A DNA stretch of 64,000 nucleotides, taken from contig JAHDYR010000064.1 in the NCBI GenBank assembly GCA_019828565.1, positions 601,062 through 665,061 on the forward strand, written 5' to 3'. Position 1 is the first letter of the stretch; every line of letters starts with the position of its first letter. This DNA comes from Carpediemonas membranifera BICM. Taxonomy: Eukaryota; Protista; Fornicata. The notes under the pieces were generated by a model. That model saw only the letters and a list, made by a program, of their open reading frames with translations. It was not told the DNA's origin and did no database searches. This document shows positions 40,611 through 50,737 of the stretch, one piece after another. Both the position numbers and the translations under genes were made by a program.

Positions 40611-43600
40611 TTACTTGGCCCTTCCCAGGAATACATCCAGTGCTTCACAACCCTTGACATTCCCATATGGTTCCCATGTGTCCTCTGACGGCTCATATCC
40701 CAGCCATCTAACCCGGAACTTCCTGTCTCTCATCCTGGCCTCACTCGTCGACTCTAGTATGGACTCGACCAGATATTCACCGAGCGTGACTGCCGCGAGT
40801 TCCTGAGCCCGTTGCTCGGACAACTCACCCATAAAGGCGCGAACTCTCTCCGAGGCGACTTGGAACTCCTTCTTTGTGTTGACATCCTTGACGACATAGC
40901 CCACCGTGAGGTTCTGCCTCACGATAGGACGCACTAGCTTCATAGGCCCTCGCCATCCTGACGCCAACTTGGACGGCGGTCCATTCGGGTACTTGACCAA
41001 CACATAGTCGGACGAGATAGGTGTCGTTGCTGACACTTTGTCTAGCGCATCTTGGTGCATGACCTTGATTCTCGCCTCTGCCAAGTCTCGGGCTAACTGA
41101 GCTGCTTGAACATTACTGCTGGGCTGTCCAGCCATACTCTGGACGTCTGCCATCATCACGTCTGCCGGGACACGGAAATCGCTACCGAAGATGACCTCGG
41201 CCGGTGTTAAGCGTGTCGCGGTGTGGGGAGACGCGTTGACGATATACTGCGCGACAGGGAGGGAGTCTGACCACAACTCGCTCCGAAGCTGGTATTGCCT
41301 GTTGCGTAAAATGCGCTCAATGCGGCTGTTCGCCCGTTCCACAATGCCGTTTGACTGTGGATGGTATGGGGTGGTGACGTGAGTAGCAAACCCTACGCGC
41401 ACCGATAGATCTGTGAATAGCTTGTTGACGAACTGCTTGCCACCGTCTGTCTGTAGAACTCTGGGCACGCCGTACCGGAGAATCCATCCGTTGACGAAGG
41501 CAGTCACAGCTTCGTCCGCCCTTGTGGACTTGAGTGGGACGAGCTCGGTCCACCGCGAGGCCATATCAATAATAACTAAGATGAACTTGTACCCGCGAGA
41601 CTCTGGTAGGGGGCCAATAGTATCCATGGCTACCCGCTGGAACGGTCGCAGGCTCGCCGTGTGGAGGTACGGTCTGGACGCCTCGGCCGGCTTGGCGGTA
41701 AGTTGGCACACGGGGCAACGATCCATGACCCGCGCTACCCTATCCACTGGAGCCCGGAGCCCGTTAGATCTCAGCCACTCTACCGTCGTATAAACCGGGA
41801 GGTGGGCCTGGCCGTGCATATGAGCTGCCTGGATCTCGTCATCGGTAGCTGTTGCCTGTCTGGCAGTTGCGGAGAAGACTCGACTCAGCCCGTCCGCCGC
41901 TCCGTTGTCAACCCCGGCCACATGCTTCACTGTGAAGTCTAGGTCTGCGATTGACTCGTACCAACGCTGGACTTTTGCGTTAGACGATCGTGACATGTAG
42001 ACCAGGTTCCGGTGGTCAGTGAGGAGAGTAAACGACGTCCAGCACAGGAAACGGCGCCACCTCTGGAGGGCGGTGACAATCGCATACGCTTCCTGTTCGA
42101 TCGTGCTCCAACGCGTCTGCACATCTGAGAACGCGTGGGACATATAACACACCGGCTTGCCGTCCTGGAGGAGAACACCCCCGATCCCGAGATCAGACGC
42201 GTCTGTCATGACCACATGATCCTTCGAAACGTCAAAGTGCTCGAGTGCCGGTGCGTGGCAGAGGCGGTCCTTAACCTTGGCCAGCGCCTCTGCCTGAGGT
42301 AATCCGTCCGGAGCCTCCTTGCCGCTTGCCGCCCGGGCTAACGGTCGGATAAGCTCGGAGAAGTTAGGAACAAAGTCTCTCATAAAGTTGAGGAATCCCA
42401 TAAGGGCCTGCGTGGCCTTCTTCGTCTTCGGTAGCCGCAGGCCTTCTACATCGCGGATCCTGTCTGGAGCAATCCGGAAACCCGAGCCGGACACAACCCA
42501 TCCTAGGAACTCCACTTCGGCTAGGCCGAAATGCGACTTCTCCTTGTTCAACGATAGCTTGAGCTCGTCACATCGGCGGAGCACCTTAGCGAGGTTGGCC
42601 TGATATTCCTGCTCCGAGCGTCCAAAGATGATAATGTCATCTATATATATAATGCAGGCGTCGCCTAAGAGGTCCTGGAACCCGCGCTCAATCGCGTACT
42701 GAAAGTGCGCGCCAGCGTTCTTCAGGCCGAACGGCATTCCGGTGTATTGGAACTTCCCACGGGGGGGTCATAAACGCCGTGTATTGCCTAGAACGCTCGG
42801 TCAGCTCGACCTGGTGATACCCTTTCGAGAGGTCGAGAGTGGCGAAGACCTTGGCACCAGCAAGCCTGGTCAAGCACGTGTTAACCTCGGGGATCGGATA
42901 GTCGAATGGCGTGGTCAAATCTTTGATTCTGCGGAAGTCTACGACCATCCTGGTCTTGTCCTTGCCCTTGGGGACGAGCAATGCTGGAGAAGAGTATGGC
43001 GAGAAGCTGGCCTCGATGTATTTCTTCGACAGTAGTTCGTTGACGTGCTCGTCGAACAGGCCCTGCTTCTGGTACGGTATGTAATTGGATCTCGTGGCGA
43101 CGACGCGGTCCTCCTTGAGTACGAGGTCGTATGGCTCTAATGCTGAGAACCCTTCTCGAGCATCAAAGCAATGAGCATAAGCTGCGAGGATGCGGTCATG
43201 AGTGAGAGTGTAGTCCGAAGACAGAGTATACGCCTGGAGCGGCTCAGGCTCTGGCACGAAAGGCTCCAAGGCGTCTTCATTGTCAGACTGAGACGGTTCA
43301 CACAAGCTGGGGAGAATACCCCACTCGACCATGGTCTGATATGACAAGAGGAGATCATAAGCACAGTCAACCCCATACGCGGAGACTGTGGTGGATAGAC
43401 CTTTCGGGGTGAAAGGTGACTTACACATCTTCAACGGCACCTCATAACACGTATCAGTCTCGATCGTTCCACCCGGAGTCTTGATCTTAATGGGTGCAGC
43501 GAGCTTCGTCGGAATGAGCTCGGCCGCTCTGGCGGAAGCCGGGTTGACAAGAGAAATGTCAGCACCACAGTCGAATAAGACACGGTGCCATGTGGTAGAT

Positions 43601-43680
43601 TCGTCGCTACCCATAGGGACGACGGCACTCACGACGGGTAGGGGAGCGCTGGCCTTCAGCCGCCGACGTAGAAACAGAGA
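40611..43680 (-). CDS. pol: Gypsy-1 pol (protease, RT, RNase H, integrase, chromodomain); frameshift in the G-run near 42760
   Basis: LFDCGA; LDLSKGYHQ; MPFGLKNA; YIDD; TDAS; ADGLSR; HHCC; TDGG..SNGIVER; WRGP; YLVESIL..VRWLGYEPSEDTWEP. Confidence 0.93.
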
Positions 43681-44575
43681 CAGAGAAGCATGATCTGGGG
43701 TTTACCTGACAGAACTTGTCTAGGTGCCCCGACTTGCCGCACTTCGCGCACACGGCCTTCTCTCTGGTGCATTCGAAAGCGCGGTGGTTCGGCCTGCCGC
43801 AGTTAAAGCATACGATGTCTCGCTGGTGACCGTGGTGTTGCGTCTGCTGCTGACGCTGACCGTGACGTTGGCCTTGCTGGTGGAAGTGCGTCTGATACTG
43901 GCGGGGCTGGTGTTGCTGCCGCTTGTCTTGGCGCGGCTGATCCTGAGGCTCGCGCTGCTCACGCGGGGGGCGTTTGCGGACAGCGGACTGCTTAGAGCGT
44001 TCGCGCTCTTGAGCAGGGGCAGGCTTGGACGTTGAAGTGAGCTTGATTGCTTCCTCCAGACGCTTACATGTCAGGAGGGCGGTCGAAAAGGTCGCGTCAA
44101 GTGACAGACCCTTGGAGGCGTGAGAAACCTCCTCTCTGAGCGTTTCGTCTTGGATTCCGCGCAAAAACTGGCCGCGAAGGACTGAATCCTTGCCCGTGGG
44201 TGCAATGAGACGGCGGCGGGAAGCGAAGCGGTCGATATAGAGAGATAGGCGGCCAATATCGATACCAGTGGTCGATAGGTCGAAAAGGCGGCGCTCAAGG
44301 ATCGCATCGGAGGGCTTAACAATGTCCACAATCGCCTGGAATACGATGTCCTCGCGTTCGTGCTTCGTTCTTTTGGAGCCATCATCGTGATGTTTTGCGG
44401 CCTGATACTTTCTGGTAATATCAGTACCCATCGCCTTGCAGTATGAGGTCACCGCGGGTCCGAGTCGCTTAAGCAAGCGCCTCTTTCCGCCCGCGCGAAC
44501 ATGCTTATCCAATTTCTCGGCAAATGAGAGGACTGCGTGAATCTCAGGCTGTGTACATAAAGGTCCCTTATCCAT
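43607..44575 (-). CDS. gag: Gypsy-1 gag with two CCHC knuckles
   Basis: CFNCGRPNHRAFEC, CAKCGKSGHLDKFC, QFLRGI. ATG 21 nt after the LTR; pol is in the +1 frame. Confidence 0.9.
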   Translation of the reverse strand: MDKGPLCTQPEIHAVLSFAEKLDKHVRAGGKRRLLKRLGPAVTSYCKAMGTDITRKYQAAKHHDDGSKRTKHEREDIVFQAIVDIVKPSDAILERRLFDLSTTGIDIGRLSLYIDRFASRRRLIAPTGKDSVLRGQFLRGIQDETLREEVSHASKGLSLDATFSTALLTCKRLEEAIKLTSTSKPAPAQERERSKQSAVRKRPPREQREPQDQPRQDKRQQHQPRQYQTHFHQQGQRHGQRQQQTQHHGHQRDIVCFNCGRPNHRAFECTREKAVCAKCGKSGHLDKFCQVNPRSCFSVSVSTSAAEGQRSPTRRECRRPYG

Positions 44576-44595
44576 TAGTTTGGAAGTAAGCTTAC

Positions 44596-44703
44596 TGTGA
44601 TCACTAAGGAAAAAGACTTTACAAAGAGAGCTCGACACAAGGGTGTCGAGCTGGACGGATCAAGACCGTATCAAATACGTATCTCATATATAAATGGCTG
44701 ACA
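44596..44703 (-). repeat. Shared LTR: 5' LTR of Gypsy-1 and 3' LTR of a tandem second copy
   Basis: Identical 108 bp; gag on one side, another PPT plus 3' region on the other. Confidence 0.9.
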
Positions 44704-45233
44704 CTTCCCCCCCATGCTCTGTTAAGAGCATCACGAAAAGGATACCATTGTTAATCAGGTCTTGGGGGAACAGCCCAAGAGTGCTGACCCTATAACCGTC
44801 GATCGCTGGGGAATGACCAGTGATCCGGGGATGCCAACTAAGTTCAACTTAGAGGGCTGACCGTCGCGCACACGGGACTTGCGTGTACGCCGGATAGTAT
44901 CCGTTGACTAGGCTGACGACATAGCGTCCTAAGCCATCGCCCGGCGTGGAGTCCACCCACGGAAATTCTCTAAAGATTTTCTAGATTGCGCAAAGATTCT
45001 ACAGATTCGAAAAGACTCGTGGTACCACTAAATAAGCGCGCTGTGTCATGGGTATCTTACCTGGGGATCCTGCCCCTCCTAGTAGTCGATACATACCAGT
45101 GTTCTGTCTGATTGCATCAAACCGTGCAGGTTATGTCATGCATTCGGCTTGATTCGGAATAGTTGGCGGTTTGTGCTCCTCTTCCGCTATTTCTTACATA
45201 GGCTTCAAAAATGCAGTTAACTAGCTCCAATTC

Positions 45234-46497
45234 GCTCGGAGGAGTCGGAGGTGAGCCTGTTCTACAGGATCATTAGGGAAAAGCCAGGACCAGCAAGGAA
45301 GCAGGAAATGATCAGGGGAGTGGGCAGAGGGCCAGAGGCTAGGATCGGCAGCGCACATAATCTGTGAATGCCCGGCAGTAGACAGGGGAGAAGCTTGGAC
45401 AAAGCTGTGGACAGCAGCGAAGCACAAAACTAAGGACTTGGAAGTAAGGCAGGGCCCCCAGGGCGAATGGTACCAGGAAAGACCCATCCTAGAATTACAG
45501 CAACTAATAATATGGGGCTCGGAGGACATTTGGGAAGGCCTCACGGCAGGACTACGGGAACTGGCAAAGGTTTACAACAGCTTCAAGGTGGAATAGAAGC
45601 ATGTCATGAACCCCTGACTCCAGGACCGGGAAGGGATGGACAAGGAATCAGCCATGGACCACCCTCGCTGGGTGCTAAGCTCCTGGGATCAGTGAGGAAA
45701 GGCCCCACGTATCCTGGTGGCCAGGAACCAAAGCAAGGGAAGGAACGACTGCAAGGAAAGAACAGGAAGGACAGACCAGAAATAAGAAAGAAAGGACATG
45801 CGACAAGGACAGAGCAAGGATAAGGTCAAGGAAATCCATATTCATATGGTTGCACCACTCGTTGGGACCCCAAGGAAACTGCAGGGACTGGCCACGGGGG
45901 TCGGAGGGGCACAGGTGCCCCTGCCGCCCTTGTTAACGACATGGGAAACCAAGGACATGTAGTGCAAGCGAAATGTTGTAAGGGGTAACAGGACAACCAG
46001 GCCTAGTGCCTGGGGCTGCCGCTGACCCACGCCACCTAACCGGGGTAGACAGCATGGACTTAGTCACTTTCCCCGCCTTCGGGTAGGCTTCTTAACAGAG
46101 TCGAGGGGGCATGGAATTGGGGAACCGGACAGACGAGAGGGTGCCGTGGCTGAACGGCTCTACAAGGACTGCAGGGAAGCAAGGAGTGTCATAGTCAAGG
46201 TTCTGCAGGACGATCCTGCCTGTCAATGCCCCGAGGACAGACCCCCAGGCTCCCCGGATAGTTGCCGGACTTTCAGGGAGACAGGAAAGCATATTTGCAC
46301 GGAGATGGCCGCAGGGCCTCTGGGGCGATTGGAATCGGCTTTCCGCGGAGACAGTAGCACCGAAAGCCCAAGGCAAACGCTGCTGACCAGTTTGCCACGG
46401 GAAATAGGCAGTACCCCGGGGCACTCAGTTCCAAGACAACGGGAAACAAGCTCAGTCCGGAGTCAGAATCCAAGCACCATAAATTTCTTTCTTTTCT
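45234..46497 (+). mobile_element. Duplicated 5'-truncated LINE with the same 17-bp TSD
   Basis: TSD copies at 45217-45233 and 46498-46514; same truncation point as 37617. Confidence 0.92.
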
Positions 46498-46860
46498 TTA
46501 ACTAGCTCCAATTCCGCTTCCTTGGCGAGATACGGGAGTTTTCTTCTCTTCGTCTCCGCTCGGACTTCTTGTGCCCAGAATACGAGCTCCATCATGAATA
46601 ACCAACATCAAAACCACGTTCTTCGTATAAACTTTGTCCATTATCACTTCTTGGAGGTGTTTTCTTCCCCTTTTCCTCGAGATCTCGTCTCGGCATAAAA
46701 CGCGCGAGAGAATACGTGAACGGCTGTCCCTTGGCCAGTATTGGCTATACAGGCGTGCTCAACGTCTGTAACTTGCGCGGTGGGTGTCCTCCTGAGATTA
46801 TATAACTCATGTATACATGTAAATCAAATCTGGGACGCCTCCCAGATTTCAAACGGCGCT

Positions 46861-48270
46861 ATGACAAACGTAGAGGAGGAACTCTTTGCTGCAATCGACC
46901 AGTATATGACGGCCAATCCTACTGGTGTGCTCATCTCCGATCTTCAGGCCTTGAAGCGAAAGCATGTCGAGCTGCTGATCTTCGTCCCGGCTGCATGCCG
47001 GCCCGCAGCCCTACGCGAGGGTCATCGTTTCCACATGGGCGTCAAGAAGTCCGCTCAGGCGATCAGGGACCGCGGCATGGACTGGCCTAACCTCGAGCAG
47101 AGCGTCAGTACAGCTATCGACTCATGTCTGATCTGCCAGAAGACCAGACTCAAGAACTTTCTGAAGGTGAAGATAGGCACCACCACGAGCAACGCGCCCT
47201 TCGCCAGGATCGCTGTCGACACGCTCGGGCCCATCAGTCAGGACACAGCCGGTAACCGTTACGTAGTCGTAGTCACCGACATGTTCACCAGGTTTACCGA
47301 GCTCATACCATCGCCTTCTAACAACGCCGACTCGGCCGCGGCGGCCATCTGGTCCATCATTTGCCGGCACGGGATTCCAGAGGTCTTACACACTGACGGT
47401 GGACCGGAATATGCCAACAGAATCGTCACCGGTCTCATCGAGAGGCTCAACGCCAGCCACCACAAGACCACACCCTTCCACCCACAGTCCAACGGGCTGG
47501 TCGAGCGGGTCAACAGAGAAATCAAACGTCACATGAGGGTACTAGCCCTCGAATTCGACAAGTTCTCCGAGTGGTCGACCCACATACTCCCCTATGTAGC
47601 CTGGATCCTCAACACCACGACACACTCAACGACAGGCTTCACCCCTATGGAGCTGCTTTACGGCACAGCGGCTGCCTCACGGCAGGTGATTCGCCCGAAA
47701 GATGCTTCGGACTACGCCGACAACAACCCCCTCCACTCAGTCGCAGAGTACCTCACCACGACCGACACTCTACTCAGCAAGCTCGTTCGGTCCGCGCAAC
47801 TTCACGAGAAGGCCAAGCGCCACCGTGAAGGGAGGGCAGAGGCTCCCACGAAGACCAAACTGAAGCCAGGAGACTTCGTGCTTCGAAAGAATATTCAAGA
47901 GACCAAGCTCCACGGTCACGCAGGCCCATTCAAGGTCGTCACAGTGCACGATTACAATGCCGTCGTAACACCGCTCCTCGCCGACAAAGGGCAGTCAACA
48001 CCGACACGACGGACAGTGCACCTGTCTCACCTTATACCTCTTAAGACGGATCTCAAAGAGAGCGAGCTCGCTTACCTCGCTTCGAGCGACCAAGAAGAGT
48101 GGTTCGTAGATAAGATCGTGGGTCACACCCGCGACGGTTTACTCAAGGTCCGCTGGGTCGGGTCCGACGCGATTACGACAGAGCCAGTCGAGGCGCTTGC
48201 ACATACGCCGGCCGCCAAAGCTTACCTGACGAAGCACCCTCGGCTGCTCAGGGAGGGCAGTGTGGAGTAA
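46861..48270 (+). CDS. Chimeric ORF: 39 codons of the Gypsy-1 antisense ORF fused in frame to a Gypsy-2 integrase plus chromodomain
   Basis: Identity to the antisense ORF ends at 46978; then H-x2-H..C-x2-C, VDT, TDGG, SNGLVER, AGPF, WFVDKIVGH..VRWVG. Confidence 0.85.
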   Translation: MTNVEEELFAAIDQYMTANPTGVLISDLQALKRKHVELLIFVPAACRPAALREGHRFHMGVKKSAQAIRDRGMDWPNLEQSVSTAIDSCLICQKTRLKNFLKVKIGTTTSNAPFARIAVDTLGPISQDTAGNRYVVVVTDMFTRFTELIPSPSNNADSAAAAIWSIICRHGIPEVLHTDGGPEYANRIVTGLIERLNASHHKTTPFHPQSNGLVERVNREIKRHMRVLALEFDKFSEWSTHILPYVAWILNTTTHSTTGFTPMELLYGTAAASRQVIRPKDASDYADNNPLHSVAEYLTTTDTLLSKLVRSAQLHEKAKRHREGRAEAPTKTKLKPGDFVLRKNIQETKLHGHAGPFKVVTVHDYNAVVTPLLADKGQSTPTRRTVHLSHLIPLKTDLKESELAYLASSDQEEWFVDKIVGHTRDGLLKVRWVGSDAITTEPVEALAHTPAAKAYLTKHPRLLREGSVE

Positions 48271-48310
48271 TCAATTGATAAACACCTTTTTGCTTTAAGC
48301 CAACGCCACA
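46979..48310 (+). mobile_element. 3' fragment of a second Gypsy family (Gypsy-2): integrase, chromodomain, PPT, LTR
   Basis: Integrase differs from Gypsy-1. PPT AGGGAGGGCAG at 48250-48260; host YR element resumes at 48311. Confidence 0.88.
48261..48310 (+). repeat. Putative 50-bp 3' LTR (TGTGG...CCACA)
   Basis: Directly follows the PPT, has 5-bp inverted termini and ends at the host junction. Only one copy is visible. Confidence 0.7.
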
Positions 48311-48393
48311 GAGGGCAAGACACACATTCCCTTCAGGGCGTACTGGGTCCCGGTGATGACGTCAGCCTCGGAATCTTCCTATCAGCATCAGCA

Positions 48394-49557
48394 GTGCAAG
48401 CGCGACACCGAGCACTAAGAGCCGCAGGCGTGACACCCGACAGAACCAGAACGCAGATAATATGGTCCCGGGCTAGCCGTCCTAAGAACGAGGACGTCGA
48501 GAGAAAGGTCGCGTCCAGCCCGCTCCTGCTCCGCCTCGAGAAGGTGACGCGTGATCGAATTGCAACAGAGACCGCAAAGTTCACATTCTTCCGCAACATG
48601 ACCAGAGAACCAGATGACTCGGACTTCGAGGCCTACCTCGGACAAAATGACGACCCGGCACCAACCCCACGGGAAGCTGCATGGGAGATCGTACGACAAG
48701 CCCACGAGAAAATCCATGACCAGAAGTGGGTGCAAGAGTTCGAGGAGGTGGCAATCGCGGGGGATGATGACGACACACTGCTATGGTTCATTATAGGGGA
48801 GGTGCCCTTCCTCGCCAAAGACTCACTGCTAACGAAGGAGGCAAACATCAGAGATGGAATGACCGCATTGGGCGAACCCATAGAATGCCCACCACTCCAC
48901 CGGGCCCTGATCAAGGCTTGTGGCAGATTGGCTGGAAGGTGCCCAACATCAAGCCAGCGTCGAACAGGGAAAGCATGGCCAATAGCCAGGGAGACCCTGT
49001 CACAGGCCGCGGTGCAAGCAGGCAAGAGCGCCACACCAGCATTGACTCAAGCAATAGCTTTCGGGCTGGTCGGGTTCGCGACAATATCTCGGTCGGGGGG
49101 AGATACGGGGGCTCTCAACATCAGACGTCGAACGACACGGCAGGGACATCACCATCACCATACGACGCCCAAGACATCGGATGAACCCATGCTAAAGCTG
49201 GTCCCTAACGTCCCCGGAGACGACAACCCGGCAGACTGGCTTGCGAGACATATGGAAAACCTCCCAGATGAAGGACCCCTGTGGCGCTCATTCGAGGCCA
49301 GGGACGCGCTGATCAAGGACAACAGGTCCTCCCTGATGAACAGAGACCACCCTTGGAGAAGATGGGAGATGTCCATGGACCTAGAGGAGGTGCTGCGCGC
49401 GTCGGGCCACTCATTCCGGAGAGGAGGCGCAGTCCACATGATGAAGCTAGGTGTAGCCCCAGCAGTGATCCAAGCAATCGGGGGCTGGAAACAGCTCGAC
49501 TCGATGCAGACCTACGTCAGTGAAGCCGTGCGCCTCTCCACGAGCGCTTGGGTGTAG
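48394..49557 (+). CDS. Tyrosine recombinase of the YR retrotransposon (start uncertain)
   Basis: ATISRSG(E), KT, SGHSFRRGGA, IGGWK, MQTYV form the R-K-HxxR-W-Y catalytic set. Confidence 0.9.
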   Translation: MQARHRALRAAGVTPDRTRTQIIWSRASRPKNEDVERKVASSPLLLRLEKVTRDRIATETAKFTFFRNMTREPDDSDFEAYLGQNDDPAPTPREAAWEIVRQAHEKIHDQKWVQEFEEVAIAGDDDDTLLWFIIGEVPFLAKDSLLTKEANIRDGMTALGEPIECPPLHRALIKACGRLAGRCPTSSQRRTGKAWPIARETLSQAAVQAGKSATPALTQAIAFGLVGFATISRSGGDTGALNIRRRTTRQGHHHHHTTPKTSDEPMLKLVPNVPGDDNPADWLARHMENLPDEGPLWRSFEARDALIKDNRSSLMNRDHPWRRWEMSMDLEEVLRASGHSFRRGGAVHMMKLGVAPAVIQAIGGWKQLDSMQTYVSEAVRLSTSAWV

Positions 49558-50149
49558 AAGGACGAGAAAGACGGATAATACATAGAATATGATTGCATAA
49601 GGCCCCATTAGACTGTACAATAGGCCATGTAAGAGTTAAAGATATGATAGAGAGCAGAAGAGAAGGCGGGAGAAAGGATAAACCGCAGCAGATTGTCACT
49701 AATGGTTAATAAGATCGATATATCGAAGACTATCGAAGAATTGGCCGGAGAGAGTGAGAAAATGCCGGCGAATGGAAATGGCCAAAACCGCGCACAAAGA
49801 ATGACTCAGGCTGTGAAAATATGTGCCTGAGAGATGGGCATCAATGGCATGCTTGGAGGCACAGGAGACCAGAGAAATAATTTCTGAAGAGAAAATTTTT
49901 ATTATATGATGGCGGGATACATCAATTGGAGACTTCGACCGTAGTCGACTGCAAGTCGGCATACCGTCGTAGACGCGATGCGTAAGTACGCCTCGGGGCG
50001 TGGTACAGGCCCAGATGGACTACCGGCCATCTGGTACAAATATTCGAGAGAGATCGAATATTGACCAAATATTCGAATCAAATCTACGGTCCAGTTCAGA
50101 CCAATTTTACCAAGGGGTTAAAACCCCATTCCCCGGTAGTTCCGAGAAG

Positions 50150-50668
50150 ATGGGCGACGCACAGCCCCCCGTGACACTGGAGAGCCTGGAGGCCCTGGTG
50201 CGGTCACAGGCTGCTACAATAGCATCACTGAGCGAGAATCTTGACGATGTCCGCACGAATGCTGAGGATGTACGCAAACCCACCAAAATCCCAGCAGTGC
50301 TCAAAGAATTCCAACACCTGCGCGCCCTACACGGAGAAATCAAGTCAATCCTGGCTGACCCCAGCAAGGAGACGATTGCTGACATAACCACAGCCATTAA
50401 TCTTGCCGTTGAAAAGCGCCTCGAGTTCCTCCGAGTCCTCGACTCTGCCAACGAAGAAGCGGCCGCCTACTTTATCGTCACCGCCGAGGACATATCCAAC
50501 GTCAAGGACCTCGTCAAGGTCGCCGCCAAGGCCAAGAAGGCCATCCCTGCCACGCGGGCTCACACATCACACCGGTTCGCCAAGCGTCCCTTCCGAAACC
50601 ACGGATACAACAACCACAGATTCCAGAAAGCCTCGGGCAACCGCAATGCGGCCCCGGGGCAGCAGTAG
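50150..50668 (+). CDS. Gag-like ORF1, YR element copy 2
   Basis: Same protein as 36173-36691. Confidence 0.75.
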   Translation: MGDAQPPVTLESLEALVRSQAATIASLSENLDDVRTNAEDVRKPTKIPAVLKEFQHLRALHGEIKSILADPSKETIADITTAINLAVEKRLEFLRVLDSANEEAAAYFIVTAEDISNVKDLVKVAAKAKKAIPATRAHTSHRFAKRPFRNHGYNNHRFQKASGNRNAAPGQQ

Positions 50669-50737
50669 TTGCCCAAGTGAGGTTATGCCATCCTCAGATA
50701 TAAAAAGGCACCGTCTACGTTTTGAATACAGAGAAGA

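Larger units (their letters stand above)
36979..44703 (-). mobile_element. Ty3/Gypsy chromodomain LTR retrotransposon (Gypsy-1), full length, carrying a LINE fragment and an antisense ORF
   Basis: 108-bp LTRs at both ends; PPT GGGGGGGAAG (37087-37096, minus); gag-PR-RT-RH-INT-chromodomain order. Confidence 0.95.
44596..46978 (-). mobile_element. Truncated tandem second copy of Gypsy-1 (3' region only)
   Basis: Near-identical to 36979-39370, including the same LINE insertion. Confidence 0.92.

Noticed and set aside
43607-43700. Programmed +1 gag-pol frameshift
   Set aside because: pol is +1 to gag, but I recognised no slippery site, and indel errors are common in this repeat region.
49090-49170. 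HHHHH tract in the recombinase
   Set aside because: Probably off-frame. The second copy reads SRSGEIRGL..ITITIRRP, the canonical box I; the G-run length differs between copies.
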